Shown here piece by piece: positions 1 through 17,437 of a stretch of DNA of 64,000 bases (within the stretch, counting starts at the first letter, position 1; each line of letters begins with the position of its first letter). Both the position numbers and the translations under genes were made by a program. The notes beneath the pieces were generated by a model. The model was not told the origin of the DNA and searched no databases. It worked only from the letters and a program-made list of their open reading frames with translations. Origin of the DNA: the human T2T-CHM13v2.0 reference genome, Homo sapiens; the NCBI RefSeq assembly GCF_009914755.1, contig NC_060929.1, one strand, 5' to 3'.

Positions 1-229
1 TTTGTTTCAAAATAAAGATTAGTAGTTCTTCAAATGATACCTGTTACACATGCTTTGCTCAATTTAATTTTGATTAGATTATAGCATGTTAGGAAACATT
101 GCTCATAAACACATACAACACAATAACTTTTTCCCAAAATCAATATATGGATTTCATTGCCATCTGAAATAAGATTTTAACTTTTTGATCAATATCAAAG
201 TGTTTGAATATATACAGCCATTCACCATT

Positions 230-450
230 ATTTCATTGACCTGCTTTATTTTTGTTCATAGTACTTACTACTTCTGGACAGTTGGCCATATATTTATTTG
301 TTTGTTTGTTTATTTAGTTAACTGTCTTTCCTCACTAGAATATAAACTCCATGAGAGCAGGGACTTTTTCTGCTTTATTTATTGCTGCATCCCCAGCACC
401 TAGAATAGCCTTGCATACGGGTACTAAATGAATATTTATTTAATGAATAC
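230..450 (+). mobile_element. L2 3' end
   Basis: ctagaatataaactccatgagagcaggga...cccagcacctagaa...aatgaat, typical of the L2 tail. Confidence 0.7.
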
Positions 451-1496
451 ATAAGTAGATAATGAAGATATAGAGACATAATAATATCTATTTCAATGGA
501 CTAGAAGAATACTTAGTTATCTCTGGGTATTGGAATAAGTAATTTTCAGTTTCTTCTTTTCCTTTTTGTCCTGTATTTTCTAAATTTTCTAAAAGGAACA
601 TTTATTACTTCTATAAAATGTTTAAAAATTCGTAGTTTGAATCTAATTAGAATAGAAAAAAATAATATCTGAATATAAGATAAATATGTCCTGTGTCAAG
701 GGGGTTTTCATATCTTATATTTTGACATAAACTTGAATTCCAGGTAATAGGCTAACTGGTAGTGTATGCCTATAAATTCACATCTCTCACTTGACCTATG
801 CTGTTGAAACAGTATCACAATTAAGATGTTAGCCAGACATTTCTCAAATTTACTAGTAAACACAAAACGTTTTTTTTCCCCAGTAACACTTGCCCAGAAC
901 ATAGGGAAATACTATTATATTCCCAGTAATGGGAAGCCAGTGAAGTTTTTCAAGGTGTGTGATACAGCCAGATATAGGGGACAGATTTTACTGAAAATAA
1001 GAACACAAACCTGGAGACAAAAAGCATAATTAGAAAGTCAGTATAGTGGTCTCGGCAAGAGATAATGAGGGTCTAAAATAAATAGACTAGAGTTTGGGGT
1101 AGTAGAAATGGCAAGTGAATTAAAAACATTGAAATGGAACACTTTAGGAAATTCTCACAGTAATCCAAATAAGAGATGGTAAGAGAATATCTTTCCCCAA
1201 AAGTGCAGAATTTTATGATAGCCATAAGAATGGATTGGAGAAGTGCTTGACTAATGCGTAAACCATTAAAAAATAAGGATCTGCCTGAGTTAAAATAATG
1301 TGATACATACTTCAAAAAAGAATAATTTAAATATGAAAGGATTAAGAGATAAGCTTTTCAGAATATGATAAAATCTTTAAATATTTTTGCAAAAGGTGAT
1401 CTTCTTTACAATCATAGAGTGAAGGCTGGCATATTATGGAAAAATGATAGAATAATTACATTATAATAAACAACTGAATATTTGAATCCTAGTTTT

Positions 1497-1787
1497 TTTC
1501 TTTCTTTCTTTTTTTTTTTTTTTTTTTTGAGAAGGAGTTTCGCTCTCGGTGTGATCTTCGCTCACTGCAACCGCTGCATTCAGGGTTCAAGCAATTCTCC
1601 TGCCTCAGCCTCCCGAGTAGCTGGGACTACAGGCGCGTGCCACGACGCCTGGCTAATTTTTGTATTTTTAGTAGAGACGGGGTTTCACCATGTTGGCCAG
1701 GATGGTCTCGATCTCCTGACCTCGTGATCCGCCTGCCTCAGCTTCCCAAAGTGCTGGGATTATAGGCCTGAGCCACCGTGCCCGGCC
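1497..1787 (-). mobile_element. AluS/Sc-like with internal deletion in the right arm; 15-bp TSD TGAATCCTAGTTTTT
   Basis: Alu consensus match; TSD at 1483-1497 and 1788-1802. Confidence 0.95.
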
Positions 1788-2142
1788 TGAATCCTAGTTT
1801 TTAAAGAATTTACATATAGTTATACTTACAGTCTAAATGTTGTTAAATATAAGATAAACTTATTTCCATAATGGTTCATTTCATTACTCAATATAAAGAC
1901 CCAACAAACCTTTTGTTTTAATTATTAACTATGGAATTTAATTTCATGTTTTAAGTAGATTCACTGTAAGTTGTCTTTTTCTGGTACCAACTATTCTTGA
2001 CCAACAAGGACCTAATTAACAGCCTCAGAGATTACTCAAGAAGAAAGTGTGCAGAATGGGAAAAGTAGATTAAGAAAAGAAGACTTAACACTTAGGAAGA
2101 AAACAAGCCTATGAAGAATATGGAGAAGAAACAAAAGGATAA

Positions 2143-2472
<330 letters not shown>

Positions 2473-2789
2473 AACCCTTTCTATTTTTCACTAAATCTAT
2501 TTGTTGGTGACTTTACCTTTGCATTAAGCTGAAATCTCTCTGAAACATTCTGCCCCTGGTTCTAGCTACTGGAACTACATAGAACAAATCTTTAAAAATT
2601 TTTGTTAATATAATAACACTTTAGTGTACTAGAAACAGTCATCTTAATGATAGCTACAATTTGATTGGGTAACTAGTATGTGCTAAGATGAGCACTCAGA
2701 GAGGTTGGGTAATTCGTCCTATGCTATATCAAAGCGCATGTTCTTTTTGCTGTGCTATGTTATATCCACTGTTTCTCTTCATTTTCGTC

Positions 2790-2940
2790 TTTTTTTTTTC
2801 TTTCTTTTTTTTCCTTTTTCTGGAGAACGGGGTCTCGCTATATTGCCCAGGCAGGTCTCGAACTCCTGGGCTCAAGCTATCCTCCCGCCTCTTGCCTCCC
2901 TGAGAGCTGGGATTACAGGTGTGAGCCACCGCGCCCGGCC
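2790..2940 (-). mobile_element. FLAM monomer with ~17-bp TSD
   Basis: Single left arm flanked by tgtttctct(t/a)cattttc on both sides. Confidence 0.85.
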
Positions 2941-3927
2941 TGTTTCTCTACATTTTCTCACCTTTAGACTAACATCCTCCTAACTCCTTAGCTCTAGTCT
3001 TGCTCTTCTCTAATTCCATCTCCATATTGCTGCAAGAGTAGTCTTTCTAAAACACAAATCTGATTATGTTATTCTTCCTGTTTAAATCCTTTCAGTGGGT
3101 TTCTAGTGCACGTAGGATAAACAAACCCCTTAACATGGTTTATAAGCTCTTCATGATGTGGCCTCTGCTAATCTTTCCAGTTTCATCTCTCACAACCACT
3201 TCCCCCAACCACTATGAACCTCACCTTTATCCCTCCAGCCCACATTCTAATATCCAGTTACATGAACTGTCTGTCAATTTATAAAACATGTCTTATAAAA
3301 CAATTATAAGACATTCTCCCTTTTGGTTTAGGAGCTTCATAAACACTATTTCCTCTATGTGAAACACTAATAGCCACTGCTTTCTCCACTTCTACACAGC
3401 TACCTTCACTTTTCCCCCAGCCCTCAGCTTAGAAGTCACTTCTTCCATGAAGCTTTCCTTGACCACTGAAGTCTAAGTTTGTTGCCCGTACTACATATTT
3501 CTATAGTATCCTCGCTCAGTGCTAACACTACTTTTGAATACTATCTTAAGACTCTTCAAGTCTTATTCAAGTGTCTAGATTCCTGCTACTAGCATAAAAA
3601 TATCAGGCTAAACGAACACCACAGAGTACTACAGTATAACTGTGCAAAAAAGCTATAGCTATTACCTAAGTAAAATAAAATGGTTATTTTTTTCCCTTCA
3701 ACCAAAAAAAGAAAATGAATTTTATACAAACTTACAGCTTAAAAACTTCTCAAAGAGCTCCCAAATTGATTTAAAACTACTGGTAGGTGACATCTATTAA
3801 AAGGGCTCTGGACATTATAATTGTAGTCAAACTCCTACTTCCTTTTATTGCTAACCTTACTATACTTGCCAGAAGAAAGAAAAAGCAGCAATCCAGTACA
3901 ATACGCTTTGTAAAAGCTGCACACTCA

Positions 3928-4101
<174 letters not shown>

Positions 4102-6563
4102 CTAAAAGAAAAATAAACAAAGAACTTACCAAAGAGAATCATTTTAAATATTAGTTATCATTATTACCAAGAGCTAAAAGTAAATGGACACTTCTCCATT
4201 TACAGGGTTAAAACACGTTAATAAAAAAATTAGCGAATTATCTGTACTCAATTAAAACATTATATAAATGTTCCTATTCTTTAAAAAGGACATTTAAATA
4301 CCTCCATATGCTATGCACTGTACTAAGCATGTCACATACGTGATTTCCTCCAATCTCACAACGACTCTGTGAGGTAACAGATTTTATGTGAACACTAAAA
4401 CTTATTTCAGTTCCACATTATGCACATAACTATGTCCTCTGTGTTTAGATATAGCTTTGTGATTGAGTTTTGCACAATAAAAATATGGGCAGAGGGTTAT
4501 GTAACACTTTCAGCCCAACCTCTGAATACCTCTGCAGTGGAATCTTCTACTCTCTTTCCCCACTGAACGAAGAGAACTCCAAATACCTAGGGTAGGTAGA
4601 AACCAAAAAAGAAGGAACCTGGGTCCCTGTGTGACCTCTTAGAAAGATGTCTGATGTAGACACAGACATACAGAAGAAATAAGCTTCTATTGTGACAAAT
4701 CATTGACATTTTGAGGTTTATGTTACATCAATTAATATGTTCTTAATTAACACACATCCCATACATCCCCCATTCTGCAGATGAAGTAACAGGCTCAGAG
4801 GACTTGCCCAATATTACATAGAGGTAAGTGAGGGTACTGGAATTCAAAGTTCTGCCCTTACTTACAGTATTATATCACCTTATCCCTATTTACTTAGCCA
4901 AGTGCTACTCAGTTATCTCTCCTCTTTAAAAACCTTCTCTAGTCCAAATGGAGTAGCTTCACCCTCCACTGAGCTCCAATAGAGCTAATTCTCAGTATCA
5001 CTTATTTTCAATTAATCCCACACTGCTTTGTTACATCTCAAGTCGTGAAGTCTTATTTAAAGTTGGTATAAGTTTTCAACTCATATTTTAGCTTCCCAAT
5101 TAGATAATTTGCTTTTTAAGGCAAAGGGTTATATCTCATATTTCTTCGTATCAGTTAAAACCATAGAAAGTGTCCCACATGTAATAGGTATAAATAGAAC
5201 TTTGTTGATGAAAAATGAGATGGTAAAAGTTATCTACATCTGAAATAAGAATTTCCACCTTTGTCTAATAGTGTTTTCCTAAGTATGGCACATGTGAGGA
5301 CTGCTCTTAATCCAACTAATTTACCCTGTAACACCAGATAAAATAAAAACTCTCTGGGTGTATTTCCTCAGCTGGAAAAATGAAAGAGTTGGTCTAAATT
5401 AGTGGTTTTAAAACAGCACTCTGGGGAGCCCTAAGGGTTCCATGGAAGTGCCCTCAGGGGATTGCCCCAGACAACAAAGGGAGACCTACATGGCTTGGAT
5501 TCCTGGGTTTAGGAATCAGCTGTGCTATTTATTAATCTATATATTAAGTTTCCACATAACATTTCATTTGAAAAAGGGGTTTTGCTGCTTTAAAAAGAAA
5601 GCTGAAAACCTCTAGTCCAGATAATCTCTAAGGTCCCTTTGAATTCTAAACCTCTATGATTCTGCTTAGGGAAATTCATGTTAAGTACCTCATGCTTGGA
5701 AGGAATGATAAGACATAATCAGAGTTGCTCTAATTTATAGATTAAATTGGCAGTCACCTACATGAAATGAGCTGAGGAATGCAAACAAAAAAAGCAGCCC
5801 TGAGTCACTTCATATAATTTTCACCATTGTTTGCTTTAATTTAAGGAAAATAGTCCCTATATTAAATGCAAATACTGGCAGAAATAACATAATATGCCAT
5901 TAACATATTCTAATACCTCAGTATGAAGTACTTTACCAGGTAGATCAACAATGTGCTAAAAAACTGAACACAGTTCCTGCAGAATAAGGGGGAAAGTATA
6001 AGTTTTGATAAGAGGGATATGTAGGAAGCAAGGTCTAGGCTACAGTCCAGATAGGCTAGAGACTAAAGTCATGCTGGTCTGTGGGCACAAGAAAATTGAA
6101 AGTTACCAGACAAGAGACTTGATTTGCTGGGGAAAAATGAAGTCAGAAGCCTGGTAAGTAAACACAATCTCTAATTTCAAGAATGAAAAGACTCTAGAAG
6201 AACAATCCAGAGATTTTATATGTTAGGTACTTTGTAAAATGTTTATAACATTATCTCTTCTTAATAGCTCTTTGACGTACCACTAACTGTTCCACTTTGT
6301 AGATGAGAAACTGAGATGGAGCAACGTTAAACAATGAACTCGTGATTGACTTTGGAGCCTGAACTCTTAACCACTACACCATAATTCTCTTATCCTCTAA
6401 GGGCTGTTTCTGTATTTATTTATTTTTTCACAAAATATGCTTTCTCAAGTGCCTATCACAAGGCAGATACTATGCTATGTGGTAGGGATACAACAGTGAA
6501 CCAAAGTTCCAGCTGTATCACGTTGCTTACATTTTGGTGGGAGGAGCTAGAAAAAGCTAATTA

Positions 6564-6856
<293 letters not shown>

Positions 6857-7299
6857 GCTAATTGATTATACAAATAAATGATGAAGCAGGTACTGATAAA
6901 CATTAAGAGGGGAGATAAAAGCAATCAAAAAGGACAGAGAATAATTAGAAGTGAGAGAATTATACAAACTATTGGATAGTTGCAACCATCCTCTCTAATA
7001 AGGTGGTATTTGAGCAGAAACCTGAAAAAAATGAGGGAGCAAGCCAAATATATATCTTGGGAAAGGGCAGACCAGATACTGGGAACAACAAATGCAAAGG
7101 CAATGAGGTAGGAGCATACTTACAGTATTTCAGAAACAATCAGGAGCTACAGTGACTGAAGGGAGGGAAGGGGAGAGTGATTATGAGATTAGAAAGGGTC
7201 TGAAAACCAGATGATGGAGGGCCTGAATTTAGTGGGAGTACCAGAAATCTATGCATGCCTGGCAAAAGCCTTGCTCTCACTTACCTCAGTATCCCCATT

Positions 7300-10200
7300 C
7301 ACCTTTACACTATCTGCCTCAGGACTATTAGGGCTAATTTCACCATGCCTCCTCTTTCCTTGAGGTATAAATTCCTTTGAGAAGCCCAAACCTCACCCCC
7401 TGAATTCTAATTCTCATATGATTATGTACATCTTGTTTTCTGATCCCATCTCCTACCTCTCCCTATTATTTGAAACACTTCTACTGTGTTCTCTCAAACT
7501 CAAGGTCAATCATCAACAAAATCTCCTCTACCACCAGCTTCATCTCTGAATATTCACTTCATCTTGCTCTAACAAAAACCTGAAGCTCCCTAAATGACAC
7601 TCCTTTCCTGTAGTCCTCTGGAACGGTGGCTGCTTTGTCTTCTACATGCCTCCTATTGGACCTGAAGGTAGGGTCAGATGTTCTTGCAACTCACTGTCAT
7701 TTCCAAACAATTCTTTCTCCTTCCTCAACAAACAAACACCAGCATTGAACCTCATGCCATGATCTTCTCCCTCCTTTCCCAGTTGCATTTATCTATTGAT
7801 CCCAAGTCAGTTCCCTCATTCCTTAAAAATAAGAGATTCTAGATCACCGTCATTCTCTGCAACATCATTCCTGAAATAGTTGTTGATTTCAATATCTTCT
7901 TACATCACAGGTTCTTAAAATACGTGTATGTGCATGTGCACATACCCTGAATCCCTTTGGAAGTCTAAGGGTGAAACCTAAGGACTCCTCCTCAGAATAT
8001 TTTAAATGCAGAAAAAATATATAGGATTATAAATAAAACCAATTTAGTAAAATACAGTTATCAAAATATTTTTAAAATATAATACATATAACTTGTGTAA
8101 CACCTTAAATAAGATATTCAGTGGCTCTAATAACTACCACAATTTCACAATTAGTGATGAATAAAAATATTTTTAAAAGAATGCAAAAACCGTAATGATA
8201 TGAAAATATCTGTGGTTTCTATTGGAGGCAAAGTCACAGGTACTGCTATCAACATATTGGTTTGTTACCTATATTTAAAATTGAGAGAAATGTTAAATTT
8301 CCATTAAGAATTAGTAAAAATAAAGATGTGATATTTGCCCACTTCAGTTCACAATCCCCCTGAATCCCATCCATGGACCTAGTTTAAAAACTAATGACAT
8401 AGATGGTCTCTTCATTCCCTGCCCTCTCAATTCCTTGACCTCCTCTCCTTCAAATATCTTGTCCCTCACCTTACCTTTTACACCATGCCCACAGTCAATC
8501 CCTAGACTTTGAGCATTATCAATATTTGGAGCCTTCTATAATCTTGATTTCAAGTATCCCATTCTTCTATCTTTCTAAAACTGTCCCTCTAATATGCCAA
8601 CTCCAAGGGATAGTCCTTTTATCCCCATGAGGTCCCATAATCCATTGATCCTATCACCTTTTCACTGTCCTTCACCCACCTCATGTCCTCACTTCCCTCA
8701 CAACCCAGCTTCAATTCCACCTTCAATTCCCTTACCTCTTTCTCACTTCATGGAATCCAGCTGGCTAAACCACAACCTTGATAAGATTCAACTTTGCTGG
8801 GCCTGCACCTTTGCAGCTGCATTTAGCCAGAGAAAAATACAACAAAATGCTGACTGGTCTCACTTTAGATTCATTAATAATTTTAACTGTAACTGTAATG
8901 CTTCACAGAAATTATATATTTATCAAGTTCATTCAGTATCCCATTCTCCTGGATAACTATTTCATGTTTTCTCATCTCTACTTAATCCTCTAAAACCTTC
9001 ATATTCCCCTCCGATAGACATTGCAAAACCTCCTACAAATTCCTACAATCACAAATACCCACCTACCTGCATCTTATGTCCATATAATCTATTTTTCCCT
9101 ATTATTATGGATGAACTATCTATTCCCCTAGCTAAAGGTAATTATTCTATTTGTGTGGAAAATTCTATCCTTTCTCACCTATCAAGAACTTCATTCCAGC
9201 ACCCCTCACTCTACCTAATCATTCCCATCTTCAAACAAAACAAAACCTCCTGCGACCACACTTCTGCCTGCTACTGAAAATTTTTTTGCTTTTCCAGAAA
9301 TCCTTGAAATAACTGTCTACATACTCTTTTTCTCTCCTCCCACTCCATTTTAAACCTACTCCAATCATGTCATTGCCTCTTCTTCAAACTCTTCTTCACT
9401 GAAACTGCTTTTGTCAGGGTCACCAATAACTTCCTCAATGATAAATTCAATGCAATTTGCAGTGCTACTCTTATTTGGACTCATCAGCAGCACTTTCCTC
9501 TTGAAATATTTCCTTCTGGCTTCCAGAACATTTTCCAGATATTCCTTCAGCTTTATTACTCTGTTCTATGTTGTTTCTGCTACATCTCTCTGACCTCCCT
9601 GACCTCTTGGAATGCCCAAGGGCTCAGTCCTTAGACCTCTTCTCTATTCTACCTATGCTCCCTTCAAAGCAATTTCATATAATCTCTTGGCTTTAAATGG
9701 CATCTATATATTGATGACTCCCAAATTTATAACTTTCTAATTCATATCTCTCTTCTGAACTCCAGACTGACATATCCAATATCCTATACAACATCTCACG
9801 TTTAACACCTCCAACTGAACTCATGATATACATCCCCCTACCTACTCCTCGAACAGCTTTTTCATCTCAGTTAATTCCAGAGTCTTTCTCATCTTAGTTG
9901 ATGGCTGCTAGATTATGTTAGTTGCTCAGGCCTCGAACTTGTAGTTATCATTGATTCTATTTTGTGTCCCCTAAAGCCTTTACATCTGGCTCCCAGTTTC
10001 CTTTCTGACCTCAACTTCCATTATTCTCCCTCCCTTTCTCTTGGCTACAGCCACGTGACCTCCATGCTGTTCCTCAAACACTCTAAGATCATATCTTTGT
10101 ACTTTAAAATTTCTACCTGGAAATCTTATCCCTCAGATGCCAGCATTTCCTTCCTCCTTTCCCTTAGGGTCTTTGCTCAATACTTTTTCCTCCTTGCCAT

Positions 10201-10380
10201 TTATCACTACCCAACGTATTATAGTTTTTATTTATTTATCTTTTTGTGTGTATACCCTACTAGAATACAAGCTATATGATAACAGAGATTTTTATTTTTC
10301 ACTACTGTAATCCTAGCACCTACAACAGTGCCCATTATATGGAAGGTACTTATAAGTATTAGTGAAATGAATGAATAATG
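7300..10380 (+). mobile_element. Long degenerate L2 (interrupted by a hAT element)
   Basis: Pyrimidine-rich L2 ORF2 remnants (ggaatgcccaagggctcagtcc) ending in a gaatgaat tail near 10370. Confidence 0.7.
7908..8390. mobile_element. hAT-Charlie MITE (MER119-like)
   Basis: caggttcttaaa terminus and an AT-rich body resembling the MER119 consensus. Confidence 0.55.
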
Positions 10381-10524
10381 AAAAGGGGAGAATGACAACT
10401 ATGGACATGACTAAATGAACAGAAAGTCTAATGGGATCATTGAGCTTTTCTAACTAGCTATATGGTCTTTATAATATTCAGAGGGACTGAAGATAATCAG
10501 TCTTCATGAAATAAGAACAGAATA

Positions 10525-10816
<292 letters not shown>

Positions 10817-12127
10817 GGACAGAATGTAAGAAAATCCAAGAAAAAGAGAAAGAACTTTTGAAAATTAGAAATATGACTGCTGTAATTTTTTAATCAACTG
10901 AAGGAAAAGAAGACGAAATCGGGGAAATCTCATAGAAATTAGAACAAAAAAGAAAACAATGGAAAAAGAGAAAAAGATAAGCGAAGCAGAGAACCAATTC
11001 CAGAAAGAGAGTGCAGGGAGGAAGAAAAAATTAAGAAGATAAAATTATTAAGGAAATAATTTTTTTAATTTCTCTAAGCTGAAGGAGGGTCTTTATTAAA
11101 AGCACCCATCAAATACCAAGCAGAAATTAGGAAAGAAAACCCATAGTTAGCCATGTTATAAGTTCCTGAAACAGGAAGGATAAAAGGAACATGCTTTCAC
11201 TGAGGGAAATTTTTTTTAACTAAAAAAAATTTTTAAAGAATAAAAGGACAAGAATCAGACTAGCAGCAGACTTATACCTGTGAATCAATGCTAACTTTTA
11301 AGACCTTTAAGTATTTTTCTTTTTTAAAGCTATAAAACCATATAAATAAATTTTATGCCCTATATATTCCCTTTCCCAGTACCACCATCCATCATTCTTA
11401 AGGAAGATGATTTTTTGAACCCAGAATTTCACATTCAGCTAAATTATTAATCAAACATGAGGGCTGCATAAGGTCCCTTTCAAATAGACACAGACTCAGA
11501 AACTTTACTTTCCAGTCGCTGTTCTGAGGTAATTTTTGAAGATATTCTCCAACAAAACCAGGAATGTAAACTCAGAAAGAGAAAGATGTGGAACTAATTT
11601 AGGAAAGAAGTCCCAAAATGAGAGATGTTACAGAAACTAACATCAAGAAATTAGCCCAATAAATTAATTAAATGGCTCCATGAAAAATGCCTCCAAAGAA
11701 GAATGGAATGTATTTCAAGCAATAGATAAAAGGACTAAGGAAGTGGAAAATATTAAATCACTTGATAAAGAAACGATATTTTTTTTCGCACTGAGAAAAA
11801 GTAAAAGTAAACAGAAACTCCAGAAAAAACAAAACCTGAGTAAGAAACCATGGTCCAAATACACAGCAAATTAAAATATGACATTATATGAAGCTGACAG
11901 ACTATAATGTTAGGAATTTTGTATTTTGAATGGTGCAAGAGTCCCAGCACTAAAACTATGGGTGAGGAGATACGATTAGAAAACACTAATGATCTCTGCA
12001 TTAACAACTATTTTATATAGAATGATTAAAAACATAGAATTTATTAAAAGTGGTGGCCTTTGAAAAGTAGAATTTTTTAAAAAACACTTGTTTACATATT
12101 CCATTTGATTAAAAATGTAACATCCAT

Positions 12128-12219
12128 AGGAGGTGGAGGTTGCAGTGAGCCAAGATCACGCCACTGCACTCCAGCCTGGGCAAGAGTAAGACCCTGTCTC
12201 AAAAAAAAAAAAAAAAAAA
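12128..12219 (+). mobile_element. Alu 3' fragment
   Basis: End of right arm plus A tail. Confidence 0.85.
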
Positions 12220-13859
12220 GTAACATACAAAATAAGAATGAAGATAAAGTTTACTAAAACTGGTGTGTAAAAGTGTGAAACATCTGCTCACAAATTCCTT
12301 ACGAACTGCCAAGGGAAAAAATAGTAACTTCAGTGGACAAACCTGGCAGATCACACCTTAATCAAATAATCAAACTTAGTTAACACGGACCATACAGTGT
12401 CAATAAGAGACGAAGTAAAATAGGTGTTAACAGAGGGAAAGAGAACAAGAGACAGAAAGTCTCAATAAGGATGAATAGGTGACATTTTGTCATCTCCTTC
12501 ATTGTAGAAAAGGTTCCATTTTCAACTTTATTCTCACTTTTGAGTCATCAAACAGCATGTTGCACAATTTCATAAAGTCACCTACATTAATGGCTCTGAA
12601 GTTACTCGTTTCCAGAATTGAATTCTTTTCTAAACTTCAGAGCTACATTTCTCAAATACCATTAGATATCTTTAACCTTTATTTATTCAGATTCCTCACA
12701 TTTGCTATATCAAAGGCATGCTCTTCAAATTCCTCTCCAATCCAGCTCTCCTCTGACATTCGTTCTCAACTCATAACATTCATATATACTTTCATCCAAA
12801 AGAGATATCTCAGCCATCTTCAATTGCTTTCTCTCCTGTATCTCACAAGTTCAATTCTATTTCAATTTTTTAAAATATTATTAACTACCTACTATGTATT
12901 CTCTGTCTTATTACATGTCAGGAAAGAAAAAATTAATAGGATGCAAATATTTTAAATTTTGTCCCTAAATGTGGTTCAAATTCATTCTGTCTTCTTTATT
13001 CTCAATGCCATAGTCTTCGAATAGGCCCTTATTGTCTCCTACATGTTCTAAATTATCTTCATATCTACAATCACTCTTCTCTCAAATCCCACAATGGAAT
13101 TAGTTTTGTTCTTGAATGTGCTCATTTCATCACCCTGTTAAAACTAGCAATGGCATAATTAATGTTAATGCCAAACATAAATAACCTAGTCAATAACTAG
13201 GAATAGTATTTTTCTATGATAATGAATAGTGTGCCATTTTAACATATGAAAAGTTTTAGAACACATTTTGGATAATTTTATTTAAAAAAATAAATCTGTT
13301 TTATAGAGAAAGTCCTAACACTGCTTATAGAGAAACTAGTAATGAGTATACTCAATTTGTCTATTTGTAGAAATTAAGCCTAAATCTTACAAGCTAAGTA
13401 AATATTTTGGTTCATTTTACTTAACAGTGATAGAAAGTAGACAATTGGAGCACATTCCTATATACATCTACAGTGAAATGTTTTCCTCCATTGTGTAGTT
13501 CTTGATAGTCCTTTCAAATTTAAAACTTATTTAAACCCAACTCGAATTATAGTTATTTTATATTGAAACAGAAATAAGAATATGGGTATGTTATAATAAA
13601 AAAGAAAAAGTTTCTGAAAATGTTCCTTGAGCATCAAAATGTTTTTACCCTTTTCACAGATACAGCTTTAATGGAACAGCTACATTAGCCTGAACAGGGT
13701 AAACACAGAAGAGAAAGCATGGAAATTTGCTTTGTTTTGCAATTATTACTATGTGCAACTTTGAACTGTGTATTTACCATTAGACTAGAATGGATTCAAA
13801 TGCCCAGGATAAACCCTGTAGTCTTGAACCCATTTTCTTTTTTCCATTCTTTCTTAAAA

Positions 13860-13987
13860 ATATATTTTTAGAAATGGGTGCCTCGCCATGCTGCCCAGGC
13901 TGGTCTTGATCTCCTAGCCTCAGGTAATCCTCCCATCACGGCCTCCTAAAACACTGGGATTACAGACATGAGCCACCTCACCCAGCC
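13860..13987 (-). mobile_element. FLAM/AluJ monomer
   Basis: Left arm; TSD gaacccattttct. Confidence 0.8.
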
Positions 13988-14502
13988 TAGAACCCATTTT
14001 CTAACTAAAATAAGATTTATATCAATCTTCATATAAATGTATAAAAAATTATCTCATAGACACTGTATAAAAGATTTTACTTCGAGAACTTATAACTGTA
14101 AGTAGGTCATAAGAAATTTTAAGATATGTTACCTACCAAAGAAAGATATTATAAAAAGAATGTCAGTGTTGTGGCTTCCTGCCATAATACACATATACAT
14201 ACAAACATACCCTAAAATTCTTCAAAAATGACTGAGTTTTGTTTATGCATAAAAGATATCTTATTTGAACAGAAAAACATAAGTCTAAAGGGAAATCTGA
14301 AGTTTTGTTCATTCCTCTTCTAATAATAGAGTTTTAAAAGCTGCCCTTTGAAAAGTCAATACATTATTAAAAAGAAAATCAAAATCAAAGGCAGCAGAAA
14401 TAGCAAAAAATTTTAAACTATTACCTTCCTACTTAAACTACCTATATATATATATATTTTTTTTTTAATCTGAGGAAAGACATTTACATTGCAAAATTCT
14501 TA

Positions 14503-14997
<495 letters not shown>

Positions 14998-15334
14998 CTA
15001 TGTCAATTAAAACTATGAATCATTATATGTGAGGTATGTACAAAAAAAGTTATATTAAACAAAAATGAAAGAATAAAAGTTTAAAATCTGAAGATTAAGT
15101 TGCCATCATTTTAATATTACTTGTGAAGGACTATTTTACTTTTTTAATTTTTAAAACATGGATCCTAAGAGCTAAATTCTACAAGAAATATTAAAATTTT
15201 ACTTTGAAATAAAAAATAATGAGAAGCACACATATGTAAAAGAAAAGAGTTTAGCTCAGAATCTGTTTTTGAAAGTTATCCAAAAAAGAATCTCTATAGC
15301 CTTGTAGAAATTATTATTTTTTAAGAAATCATCA

Positions 15335-16285
<951 letters not shown>

Positions 16286-17340
16286 AAAACAGCTTGACTA
16301 AAATTTCAGAGAACTAAATGAGGAACATATTTTCCTCATTTAGATGTACTAAACATTTTCCATCTACCTTCTTAGCTGTACCTTCTTTCAGCTAGATTTA
16401 CCACTAAGGTAAACCAAATGTCTGCTTATTTGCCTCAGTGTCTATACATGGAGTTTACACACTAATATAAACTCCTATAAAACCATAACCAAATGTAAAT
16501 AAATTCAAAGACAGTGTTTATTTCACTTCTTATAAATAATTAGAGTTCATACTAAATGTCATGGCTTCATTGATTTACTTTGACAGCCACACTTTTTAAC
16601 ATGGATTTCTAGATACATACATCAATCTGTAATAGTCTTGAAAATCTGGTTCATCGGCACCAAAAAATTATCTATTACTATGTATTCATGGGAGGGAAAT
16701 CCAAAAGGTATGCCTCTCAATAATTCTATAAGGACTGGACTGGTCCATGGAAAACAAAATGACATTTACTCCTGGGCCTGCTTTGTTAAGATCATTTCTA
16801 CGATATAAAGCTCAATTCTATAGATTAAAATTATAAAGATTAGAATGTGAAAAGTTGCACTTCTTACAGTTCTCATTCTTACACTCAGATTCTAGTCTTT
16901 AGATCAGAACTCTCAGGTTTGCAAAAGTATTTTTTCACAAAGGGTCCATATTAAAAGGGTCCTGTATCATAATTTATCTGGTTTCTTCTTCCACAGCATA
17001 AATGTTTGGATTCTCTTTGAACATGTCCTTGCCCATAAACTCTAGTAATGAACAAGCTTATTAAAGTTTAAGTTTCAGAAGAACAAGGCCTGGGGTCTAT
17101 CATTTTCCAAGAAAGACCAGTCAACTCTAAAATCCACGGGATGTTAAATACTAGTAGGACAAGTTAAACGACGCATAGCCCTTAACATTTATGAAACTAA
17201 TACCGAATTGACACAGTAGGCCTCTATTCCTATCACTACATATCCCAAAAAAAACTATCCACCCAAACTAAATATGCAGAATCTTTTCTTGTCCAATTAA
17301 TAGCAATATTTTTTGTCAGTTTCAAAAGCAAGAATCCTAC

Positions 17341-17437
17341 CTTGAGAACTGTATGAAAGCCTGTGGTCACTATGAAATTCCGATGAAGCCATGATGAGGC
17401 TCAAAATCCAGGTCAACGTCTTCCACAAAATTTCCAT
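17341..17437 (-). CDS. ADAMTS6: ADAMTS6 first coding segment in exon 2 (signal peptide [32 protein letters not shown])
   Basis: ATG at 17437-17435 in strong context (ATTATGG) with an in-frame TAA two codons upstream; donor CAAG|gtagga at 17341; 97 nt, phase 1, matching exon 3. Confidence 0.97.

Noticed and set aside
12479-12955. 158-aa + strand ORF
   Set aside because: Non-ATG start, low-complexity L/F/S-rich composition, resembles degenerate L2 sequence; no recognisable domain.
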